Shown piece by piece: positions 53,232-64,000 of a stretch of DNA of 64,000 bases. Made by a program: the position numbers and the translations under genes. The DNA is from Octopus vulgaris. Its lineage: Eukaryota. The stretch lies in contig OX597824.1 in the NCBI GenBank assembly GCA_951406725.2, positions 46,438,001 to 46,502,000 of the forward strand, written 5' to 3'. Under the pieces are notes generated by a model. That model worked only from the letters and a program-made list of their open reading frames with translations. It was not told the DNA's origin and made no database searches. Position 1 is the first letter of the stretch, and the number at the start of each line of letters is the position of its first letter.

Positions 53232-54103
53232 ATGAGTGTGTGGTGTGTGTTTGCGTGTGAAGTGCGTGCGCGTGCGTATTTATGTTTGCGAGGAGTTTGA
53301 AGGTGTAGGCTAGATGGTTGGGCATATAACCCGTGTTCTTGATAAAAAGAAAAAAAATTACTGCAAAAGAAAAGCATCTCATGCTTCTGTATAAACAATA
53401 TATACATGGCATCATCTTGCATCAGTGGCAATGAGCTATGTTGGATGTATATAGTTAATACTCCATCATCAGTTTTCTTTTTTATATATCTTAGGTCTTG
53501 CCAGCTGATAAACGTGTGTACATTATATTCATCTAATTAAAATACATTCGACACACAGATACGGGTTGCTTGCCATTCATGCGTATCTCTGAGAAATGGC
53601 TGGTGGTTGGCTGGATTGTTTTTATTGTTGTTGGTAATATACCTGTTACTTCAAGGTAAGCCGGTCGAAAGCATTAACACCCGTATCTCAGGTAAGGCAA
53701 CTGTAAAATGATGTCTGTCTCGTAGATTTGGGTCAAAATTTATTAACTATTTCTAGCCGCTCGATAAACTACATAGAGGCTTCCTGGTGGAGGCGGAGGC
53801 AGTGGTGGTGGCAATAAAGCGGGATGGGAATGAGGATTAGAAAGATATATAGTTTCTCCCATGGGCGTGGAATTTGACATAAAGAAAAGTAAAATGGAGA
53901 CGCGGTAACGTTCTTGCTTACCTCTAGATTAGGGGTCCCAAACAACTGGACCGCGGACCAATACTGGACCGTGGATCATTTGGTACTGAGCCACATAGAA
54001 AAAAATTCGTTTTAGATCTTATTTCTGTTTTATTGACTACTACATTCTACAGGGTGTTTATTTTAAAATTATATATGTAGTATATTTGCAATATATATAC
54101 ATA

Positions 54104-54900
54104 CTAGCAGAGACACCTGACGTTGCTCGGGATTAAAATGGCATAGTTTGTATATAATATATTACAGTTATGTTGAAACAGGTGATATGGTAAAGTGCAG
54201 CATTGACAACAAAACATTTGTGGAGTAAATGATGGGCTAATTTGACTAAGCAACATGCTATGCGTCCGTTTAGAGTATTTCAGGCTCTAGCCTGTGGGGG
54301 TTATGTGAGTTTTGAACGCACCGAGAAGCTGTCAGTGGATATACTCTCTTTTGCAGGAGTCGGCGCTGTGTCTGTCACGACCCATCATCTGAAAATGTTG
54401 ACACCTCCTTCTGGTTTGTTGTCCTACATCACTCATAAAGTAAATTTGGAGGAACTGTGGTTGTTCATATGCGGGTAACTGGGAACCAATGAGGTGAGAG
54501 ACTTGCCCTTGAATTTTGATGTCGTAAATTCATGTTTATCTATCTTCTTAGATGCACCAAACGATGTCATTTGCAGAGTTGTATTGTTTAGAAAATCCTT
54601 TAACTGGATGGAAATGCCTTCTAGAAGATCCATAAGATGTTGAGAAGGGGCCGGTAGGGCTGGCAATGTTACCCGACCGCCCGAGCAGCACATACCATTT
54701 GTTTCATTTGAAAATTTTAAAGCTCTACGGAAAAGACAATTTGTGTTTAGCACACAATTTGGACAGAGTTATTATTTTTATAAGAATGGGATGGATCATA
54801 TCTGAAAACAGCTTCAGGAGTTGTGAAGAATGAATTTGTACGTAGTCTGTTTCTGAGAGCTATTCTATTGGACCTCTGTCTAATCATTAAAATATTGATT
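54104..54900 (-). mobile_element. Helitron deletion derivative (3' terminus plus RepHel N-terminal fragment)
   Basis: Minus-strand 3' hairpin then CTAG|T at 54104; ORF 54433-54753 ALKFSNETNGMCCSGGRVTLP...QMTSFGA. 5' end not located. Confidence 0.8.
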
Positions 54901-55607
54901 TAATGGATCCAGCATTAAGTGCTGCAACATGCGTTTGCTGATCTTGAGAAAATCTCATCTAGCTTCTGTCTTCAGACTTGCCTTCGGTTTTCTACAATCC
55001 TCCTTGCTTTATACTTGTTTTTGGAGAGATTACGTCTTTTCTTTGGTGGCATATTTTTCACAATATTGTAAACAAAAAATTATGAACATAGAAAGAAATT
55101 ATACGTTAATCCATATCTTTGTAAGCAGTTGTATCCGTAAACATTTTATTTGAAGAGAGCAGAAATTGAAAGAAGTGAAAGCGAAAAGAACAGAGGAAGA
55201 AAGTGAAAGATGTATGTACGTCTATATGAAATGGACGTGTGTGTGTTTGTGTGCATATGTGCGTGCTTGCACGTACGCATGTGAGAGAAAGAGGGTGAGA
55301 AAGAGAGGTAGAGTGAGTGAGTGAGTGAGTGAGTGAAGGTGTGTGTCATAAGGATTGAGACATGCCTATGGGATATTGGATCCCCTATTCAACGATTTAG
55401 GCAGTTGTGTCAGAATGCAAAACCTCTTGGAGAAACACAAAGTCCCATATTCTTGCTCACCTCCAGAGTGCTCAGAAAACGATATTCTAGGATAAGGAAA
55501 GTTTTCGATTAATGTGGTATTAGTTGTCTCTGGACCTAAAATTAATGAACAAAACAGTTATATCTTGTCTATCTCTCCTCATCTCTTTCCGTCTCTCCAT
55601 CTCTCTC

Positions 55608-55689
<82 letters not shown>

Positions 55690-55915
55690 CACACATTATA
55701 TATATAGGTATGTATATATGCATGTATTTGTGTATTAGTGTGTTTACGAGTGATTAAACAAACGAAAAACGTAGCACTCAACACATTTGGTTAGAGTTGT
55801 TGTACTTAATGACAGGGCGTAGGACTTGTCCATCTCATCAGATGTTCATATATATATATATATATAAGTCATGGAGCAGTATATGATATTCATGAAGTTA
55901 GATAAGGCCGGTTTA

Positions 55916-55978
55916 TGGGATTACCCCGGGTTTCACGTCCATAAAGCGTTTGGTTTTACGGCGTATCATCAGATCCCA
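55916..55978 (-). ncRNA. Type I hammerhead ribozyme, intact core
   Basis: tgggat-CTGATGA-t-acg ccgtaaa...tttatgg a cgt-GAAA-cccgggg-TA-atccca; perfect 6-bp stem I. Confidence 0.85.
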
Positions 55979-58054
55979 AAACCTGTTGGCTTAAGGGCTC
56001 TAGAATATGAAGGAGGAAAGACTTCGTTACTCATTGACAACAACAAGGGATTGTCTCTCTTTAGCTATCGATCACCAGTGACCCTGATAACCTGTGGGTT
56101 CCAATAGGCGAGCAGGAATATTCTGAAATGTAAGCACGGTCCGAAGACCTCCGTTCTCGAGTTAAGGATGTTCCCCGGGTCGAGAGAGTCCTTTAAAATC
56201 CTCGCCTGTTCCGCTATGCATTGTTTACAGCACTTGGTCCCGTTTATGTAGGGGTCTAGATTTCCTAGGATTCTCCACGATATTCTGTATAGAATCCTGT
56301 CGTCTATAAACCGCCATATATGACTGGCTAATGACGTAACGTATCTCCTTTTCGGTATCCTGAGGGAGGATCTGTGGTCGGAGAGTCGTTGTTTGAACGT
56401 GTTCCCGGAGCAACCGATGTATCTCTGTGGTCGGGTGTTGGCAGTGCTGTGCCTGTTGGTGTTGGCGTTGCTGCTACCGCTCTTGTTGGTACTGATGTTT
56501 TTGGTACTGGCGCTGTTGGTTCTGTCACTGCCGGTGTTGGTAATGGTGCTGTTGTTGTTGTTGTTGTTGTTGTTAATGTTGTTATTATGGCCATTGTCAT
56601 TGATGGAGGTGCTGTCACTGCTGTTATAGATAACATTGAAGATGGCTCTGCTGCTATTTCCGTTAGAGATACTGTCATTGCTGTTGTTGCTGTTATTGTT
56701 GGTATCGCTGGCGATGGTGATGGTGCTGTCGCTGGTTCTGTTCGTGTATCTGCTGCTTCTATTGGTACTGTCATCCCTACTACTGCAGTAGTCGTTGGAG
56801 AGCTGCTGATGTTGCTGCTTTTAGGGTCAGCCAGTACCTCAGCTACATAGACGACTCCCTTGGTTTCTTAGTGGCCTCTCTCTGTTGTGGTTTCTGCATG
56901 AGTATCCTGCCTCCACTTGTGGTCTTGGGGTGCTAACTAGAATGCTCTCAATATTGGGGGAACTGCTAAAAGAGATCCTTAGGTTGTGCTTGTTGAAAAT
57001 GCATCCGTACTTATGTGAACGTGTGAAATGTTTATCTATTAACTTCAGGAATATCCTACCTACAAACGTTTTTACGTTGAGAGAAGGTGTGTGTGTGTGT
57101 ATGTGTGTGGGTCAAACCAAATGATATTTCTGCGACGCTTCCTTCTACAGATATTGGGGCCTGACATGTAGGAGATGTGGTCCCTAAATCCGCTAGCAGC
57201 TAGAGCTTCGTTATAGTAGGGGGCTACTGCATAAAAAATCTCTTGAATGGAGGAAAAGTTCGTGATCCTCTTGGTGACACCCTTCACCAGGTTTTTGAAC
57301 ACGATGGGTTGGTGACAGGAGGCTGTGTTAGTGTACGTTAGCCTCTCATTTGGCTTGCGGTAGGGCCTGTATGTACTGGAACCCAAGTCAAGCGTGACAT
57401 CTAATAAGTTCGCGGTGGAAAGATTGATCTCGATTGTTAATTTCAGTCCCATGGTGCCAAGTGCGCTAATTAGATCTTTTCTAAACCTGTCTAGGGTGTG
57501 CTCGTTTTTTCTTCTAGGGATGGCCAGGGCGTCATCTCTGTAGTGACCAAAGAGGACAAAATGGATTTTTTTTAGGGTATCAAGGATATACAACCCGATG
57601 AGGTCACATACATCAGCGCTATCGTAGGCCCCCATCGCTACATCAAAGGAACCCGTGGAGTTGGATTGCTTTACCCAGGTCGAACCTTTATTGAACAGCA
57701 CTGTTTTTCTGGCGTGCATAATGACATCTATATCCCTGTCGCTAACGTCAGTGAAACCCCTAACAAAGGAAAGCGCCTTAACCAGTAATCCTTTTGATAT
57801 AGACGGGTGAAACTTACTCTGTTTCTCCCCTTGTTGGTATTAAACCAAGCAGTCACCTCACTTGTGCCACGCCATAATGAAAGGTTGGCGTCTCTCCTTA
57901 TGTCGTTATTGATGTTTCTCAATATATGCTTGCTAGCTAGACCGATGTCGGATTTGGCCGAATTAAGCAGGCGGCATTTAGGGTTTGAAGCAAAGTTCGG
58001 TTTATGATCTTATATGGTAATAAAATTCTAGAGAGGCCTTAAGCCAACAGGTTT

Positions 58055-58117
58055 TGAGATCTGATGATACACCGTAAAGCTAAACTCTTTATGGACGTGA
58101 AACCCAGAGTAATCCCT
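58055..58117 (+). ncRNA. Type I hammerhead ribozyme, diverged inverted copy
   Basis: tgagat-CTGATGA-tacaccgtaaa...tttatggacgt-GAAA-cccagag-TA-atccct. Confidence 0.7.
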
Positions 58118-58149
58118 TAAACCGACCTTATCTAATTTTATATGTATAT

Positions 58150-59146
58150 ATAAATACCAACCAAGGAGATCTAAACCGCATTGATAAACACCAACTACGA
58201 CCAATTTGTTGTAGTAGAAATACTTACGATACAGCTAGCACAGTAACAACGCCGGTAAATGGAGTCGGGACTGCCTTGTATACAAATAAATACGATAAAT
58301 GCTCATGCAGAGAAAAATCAAAATGTCCTTATATTAATCTCTGTATGAGTACAAATCTTGTATATAAATGTACCGTGCACACAAGGGGAGGGCCTTATGT
58401 TTACATTGAGCAGACGGCTGATTCATTTAAGAATCGTTATCGTAACCATATGCGAAACCATACAATAAAATTTCCAGGAGATGTTGGGGAATATAATTTC
58501 CAGGAGATGTTGCTCCGAGGAATCCCAGTCTATTCTGTGGACTAACGAGAAGATAATTAATAGAATTTTCTGAACGACTCTCGAGATGCTTACGTGCATA
58601 TAAATGTACTTTCGCACAATGCAGTGAGAATGAATTTTGAGTAATCGTTAACTTAACTTAATTTACTTTAAGGTATGGATGACTTAAGTTTACTTTTAAC
58701 CTCCCCATTCTTATACACACCAAGATGATCACTCGCTCGGTGATCATGAGTGCACCAAACCTCACGAGTGCGTATGCTCACATTTTTGTGAATGCAGCTT
58801 GCCCGAGAGCGTTTATACATCCATATCTCTTAACGGTTATTTTTAATACTTTTCTCACTGGATTGCGTATTCGTTTCTCTTTTTGCCATCTGTGATTTTA
58901 TTTTTGATCTTCTATATAAATGAAGATATTTCCTCCGTCTGACTGCATTTTATTCTACAAAACGGAAAGTTACATTGCGGAACAGTTGTATTTATTTATC
59001 ACCCGACGAGATACATCCGCACCACCGGATGCTTCTGATCTAGTTGTTGAGTGTTCCACCCAAGAGAAATCGATGCTAGATGTGTCGAAACAATTGTCGT
59101 GATTAATAATAAATTTTCGTATATTCCATTTCTGTCTTTCATCTGC

Positions 59147-59150
<4 letters not shown>
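58150..59150 (+). mobile_element. 3' fragment of a further Penelope-like element (GIY-YIG plus pseudo-LTR)
   Basis: CSCREKSKCPYINLC...LVYKCTV...YIEQTADSFKNRYRNH; ends with a hammerhead motif and (TAA)n. Confidence 0.8.
58998..59103 (+). ncRNA. Type I hammerhead-like motif, CCGACGA core, long stem II insertion
   Basis: atcac-CCGACGA-gatacatc...gatgtgtc-GAAA-CAATTG-TC-gtgat; palindromic stem III ACAATTGT. Confidence 0.75.
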
Positions 59151-59212
<62 letters not shown>

Positions 59213-59295
59213 TTAGGGAGTATATCTCCAAACTTACAATGAAAAATTCAATTTAGAATTAAATCAAATTTCACAATATAAATATATAAAATAAA

Positions 59296-59567
59296 TAAAT
59301 TAGAGAAAAACCACTATTATGCAATTCAAGCAATGATAGACATAAACCAAATCATAAATCAAAAATAAAATATATTTTAAAACATATAACTATATCACTG
59401 AAAGTACAAAAAAATGAATAAACAATATATAATAAGTATTCATTAATTGTTTCTTCATTTTGTACTTTTAGTGATCTAGTTATATGTTTTAAAATATATT
59501 TTATATTTATTTATGATTTGGTTCATGTCTATCATTGTTTGAATTGCATAATAGTGGTTTTTCTCTA

Positions 59568-59572
<5 letters not shown>
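59296..59572. repeat. ~115-bp inverted repeat between microsatellites
   Basis: Arms 59296-59411 and 59457-59572. Confidence 0.9.
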
Positions 59573-59630
<58 letters not shown>

Positions 59631-62369
59631 TACGCATATACATATATACATGCATACATACATACATACATACATACATACATACATACATACATACATA
59701 CATACATACATACATACATACACGCATACACAGAGAAACGCATCATTTTATTTATATGTATATGCTTAAGTTAGAATTGCATTTTTGTAAACCTGTTCCA
59801 TTTGTTCCAAACGTTGACAGTAAACGCACTAGAATTACATACTGCAACCAACTAAGGTGTTTCTTTTCATTCACATTTCTTGGTACGTTCGTCAGCCCTT
59901 TAACACACTAATCTATTAACACCTAAGAATACTTATTTTCAAAGAAGCACAGTCTTAAATAGATGCCATTTGATAGTGATGTGTCAAACAACTCAGTGTA
60001 TATAATTTCATTTAATCAGCTTAACAAAGATTTTGGGAAAAGACGTGAGAGTTGGGTACGTGTATATACTTGTTTTAGTGTCTTCTTAGTGTATCACCAT
60101 TCTACCTTTCTATCTTTATCCACTCATAACTTGCGTGCGCATAAACACTCACACATACACAAACACTCAATCACATATACATATACACACATATAAATAT
60201 ATGTTTATATGTATATTTATATATATATATACATACGTACGCATACACATGCATATGCGCACACACACACAAACATATTGCACAAGCAAATTGGCAGAGT
60301 CGTTAGAGCATTGAGTAGAATGCTTCGCAGTATTTTTTCTGTTTCTATACTCTTATCGTACACTGTGGTCAACTTGGTCTTTTATCCTTTCGGGGTCCGT
60401 ATAAAAAAATTGAAAAACACCCAATCTTGGACGGCATATGCCTTGTGTTTGTTCCGGCTCTTTTGCATTCTAACTTGAAATACTCCTATGCTTTTCTTGG
60501 GTGGCAGGCTTAATACGTATCCGGTTTAAACTGCCCTCCCCACACCTGGTACCTTGGTGCCTTTATTGGATCCATTTTGTTATTCCACCTTCCTTCCCGC
60601 AAGTTTTGGGGGCCTGGTAAAGAGTCATGGGCATTGGCGTTCTCCTGACCGAAAAATAATAATGTGTATATGTTTAGTATTTAAAACACACTGGAGAAGC
60701 AGAATGAATTCCTTCGGTGAGCAGAGGATCTTTAGAATTATGTGTTCTACTCAGACAAGCTTTCACCAGATATTCCACTATCTTATAGATTCGGTAATTT
60801 TGCCTCTGTGGTAGCTGAGATGACATAAGCTTTCTCCTTAAGTAGCTAAGCTGTCACCAAAGGGCAGTAGCAACAATTAGATAACTGTTGGAAATGATTG
60901 GATATTTTTGTAGAGCAAGAAGTAATCTTTCAGTATTCTAAGTCAGTCATACGTTTTCAATTCTTGTTTGAAACTTTTTCACTTCACTTTTGTTGCTAAT
61001 ATATTTTGTTAACAACATCCATTTCTCTAATCAAATACTCGGGTTTTTAACAGGAATAAAATCGAATAATCTCGCAGGCAATTAAAATAACGTGTTTCTT
61101 TAAAAGTAAGTGCGAAGCAATCAACACACGTATTGCTTAGATCCGTTTTCATATATTTTGACTAGACAACAATAAACAGCAAATGCAAGCTGTGGAGATA
61201 ATTTGTTATCTGTGTGCAATTGAAATAAAACGATTTCCTTGGGGATTCGAGGCCGGTTCGCCTCCTAAGCATCTCCATCAGTTTTCTTCTTTACTGCTAT
61301 TGTAGTGACTTGATAAGTATTAATGATGTCAACACTTGTACGCGTGCTATTTATAGCTTTACGCATAGGCATATCAACGAAAGAGATTTATGCATTCTAA
61401 TTTCTTACCGATACGCCCTGTAAAAGTTAGCAGGACGAGGTAACCTTGCTCTTCCACAAAACCTGTTAGTATGCCGAATCACGCGATTGTAATTCTCATG
61501 TGACGTCTTATTTTATTAATATTCTGAGAAGTGTTTGGTTACCAGAAACAGTGAATTGTAGAACAAGAAGTCTAATGCCTTCGAGTATTTAGTTTCGTTT
61601 CTCTAAATTCTACGTTCAAATCCTGATGGATGTGAATTCCAACGAAGAAATGGATTTAGCTTCATTCTAGTGTTAAAAATGATTAATAATTGCTGTAATT
61701 AATAATACATTACAGAAGTTTTATTTCTCTCTAAAAATTTTAATTCATTAAAATTATTAGATAACAACTCCCAAGTTTGAAGAGGTGATGAATGTGTAAC
61801 TACTACTGTAGTTGAATGATATTCTTAAGGCCGCAATTTACTCACACACAACATATTTCAGAGCTTGTCGCTAATTCAATTCTTAACCAAATGGAAAACC
61901 GTTAACATTTTTGAAGAGGACTGGCCCCTAGCTACGTTTTGGCATAAAATAATTGAGATTTGGTTCAGCAGAAAAAAAAGTTTACATCAAAATTTGTAGC
62001 GACGTTATAGGTGAGTAAGAAACGCCACCAATCAAGTTTAGATCTAAATAACTTTATTTTAGAAGCAAAATATATTTATATTTATACTTTATTATGAATA
62101 TAGTTCTAGGGCACTTTTGATATATGTCACCGGTATCATTGAGGTAAGGAAAAACATATCAACGACACCGCTAATTAACACATTTGACATATTATTAATT
62201 AGCATAATAGCATAGCCTGGAAAAAAACATGGATTACATGGAAAAATGCGAGCAAGAGAAATAATATTCTTAAGGTTCTTGCCCAAGATGTCACATTTTA
62301 GGACTGAACTCAAGAGCACATGGTTAGGAAACAAGCTTCATTAGCACACTGAGTCACACCTGGGCTTCT

Positions 62370-63210
62370 CAGGTGTGGCCGTGTGACAAGAAGCTTGCTT
62401 CCCAGCCATATGTTTCCAGGTTCTGTTCTACTCCGTGACACCATGGGCAAGTGTTTTCTGCTATAACTTCGGACAGACCAAAACATTTTGGTAGACGGAA
62501 AGTGATAGCCAGTTGTGTGTGTGTCTGTGTGTGTGTGTGTGTATGTGCGCGTGTGTCTTTTTGTCTGTGTTTGTCCCACCACCACCATCGATCCCAGTGC
62601 TCGACTGGTACTTTATTTTATCGACCTCGACAGGATGAAAGGCAAAGTCGACCCCGGCGAAATGTGAACTAAAACGGACGAAATGCCGCTAAGCATTTGC
62701 TCGGCATGCTAACTATTCTGCCAGCTCACCTAAAAAAAAAGATAAAGATAAAGATAAAGAGTCCTTCCGGCGTGTGTATTTCCCGTTAGATGGGACGCTG
62801 ATCCATCGGAGGATTACTAACTTTTTATCAGATGAGTGGACTGGAACAATGTGAAATAAATTGTTTTGCTTAAGAACACAGCACATCGCCCGGTCCCGGA
62901 ATTGAAATCACAATCTTGCAATCATAAGCCCAACACCCTAACCATTAAGCCTCGGGTCTCCACTTTTCAGGTCATAATGTATTGGTTTCAAATTTTGGCA
63001 CAATGCCAGAAAGTTCGGGGGATGGGGTAAATCAATTACATCGATCCCAGTGCCTTTCATCCTTTCGGGCTCGATAAAATAAGCACTTATTTTATCGAGC
63101 TCGAAAGGATGAAAGGCAATATCGACCTTGGTGGAGTTTGAACTCAGAACGTAAAATCGGAGGAAATGCCTTTCGGTGTGCTAATGATTCTGTCAGCTGA
63201 CCACCTTAAA
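62370..63210. mobile_element. Cluster of SINE copies from three families
   Basis: Homology to copies at 2015, 17770 and 18340 (aggatgaaaggcaaagtcgacc core). Confidence 0.75.
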
Positions 63211-63489
63211 TATAATTTTAAAAAAGAAAAGAAAATGCATAAAGATCATTTCCGAGTCGTACGGCCGGTTTCCCTGTTTTCGTGACGCATATATTTCGCC
63301 CTACCTTCACTGGACGGGTTGCCGGATTACTAATTTTTGTCAGCTGAGTTTTACTCAAGAGTACAACACGTCGCCTACTTCAGGAATCCAAAACCACAGT
63401 CTTACGTTCTTCAGTCCAACTCCTCTAAACATAAAACCGCGTGCCTCCACTTTTCAGCTTCTAATATATTAATTGTATACAGCAAATAG

Positions 63490-63720
63490 CTATGTCGCGA
63501 ACAACAGAAGCAAAAGAGGTCTGATTTTCAAAGAGGGCTTATTGTGGGTTAATCTGGAGAGTTGGGGGCGAACTTAGCCAGCGTAAGGTTGCACAAAGCC
63601 TTAGGATTCCTTTTGCTAGAGTCAATACAGTAATTGTACAATTGCTGGCATAGCAATGGAATCAACAGCATTCTACTCAGATCGTCCTAAGTTTTCTTAC
63701 AGGACCTTCATGCTGTCAAC
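63490..63720 (+). mobile_element. Tc1-like transposase N-terminal remnant
   Basis: SDFQRGLIVG followed by HTH-like SQRKVAQSLRIP. Confidence 0.5.
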
Positions 63721-63734
63721 GGAATTTTCATTTT

Positions 63735-63950
63735 ACTTTCATCTTCTATTCTTATATTTGTTTCAGTCATGTGACTGGAACACCGCCTTTAGTCGAACAA
63801 ATCGACCCCAGGACTTATTCTTTGTAAGCCTAGTACTTATTCTATCATTCTCTTTTGCCGAACCACTAAGTTACGGGGACGTAAACACACCAACGTTGGT
63901 TGTCAAGCGATGTTGGGAGAACAAACACAGACACACAAATATATACATAT
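63735..63950 (-). mobile_element. tRNA-derived SINE, 3' half
   Basis: Homologous to 28098-28300. Confidence 0.8.
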
Positions 63951-64000
63951 ATGTTATGTATGTATATATGTATGTGTGTGTGTGTGTGTATGTATATATG

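Larger units (their letters stand above)
55895..58137 (-). mobile_element. Penelope-like element (probably Naiad-type) with inverted pseudo-LTRs
   Basis: RT FDVAMGAYDSADVCDLIG, HYRDD, YRPYRKPN, RRNIIWF; endonuclease C-terminus (SLASHIW...CKQCIAE...LNSR...CLH) at ~56100-56350; inverted arms 55895-56006 and 58025-58137. Confidence 0.9.

Noticed and set aside
56374-56850. Val/Ala/Gly-rich + strand ORF
   Set aside because: Antisense mirror of the Thr/Ala/Pro-rich segment inside the minus-strand PLE.

Overview
AT-rich, microsatellite-dense eukaryotic DNA; the SINE families and repeat content point to an octopus (inference). The only host gene I can support is the 3' half of ABCD4 (lysosomal cobalamin ABC transporter): seven + strand coding exons at 1777-25014 with consistent splice phases. 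The rest is layered mobile DNA: Tc1/mariner remnants, a pogo/Tigger element with a nested Buster-type hAT, MITEs, a full-length dead mariner, RTE LINE pieces, SINEs, a Helitron derivative, two LTR retrotransposons and several Penelope-like elements (PLEs). Two observations stand out. (1) In a young LTR retrotransposon (34525-38174), the primer-binding position is the exact complement of nucleotides 1-12 (the 5' end) of tRNA-Phe rather than of a tRNA 3' end, suggesting non-canonical priming. (2) There are six PLE-associated hammerhead ribozyme motifs, and three of them, in dissimilar contexts, share the variant core CCGAYGA (U4C). All calls were made by eye, without database searches.
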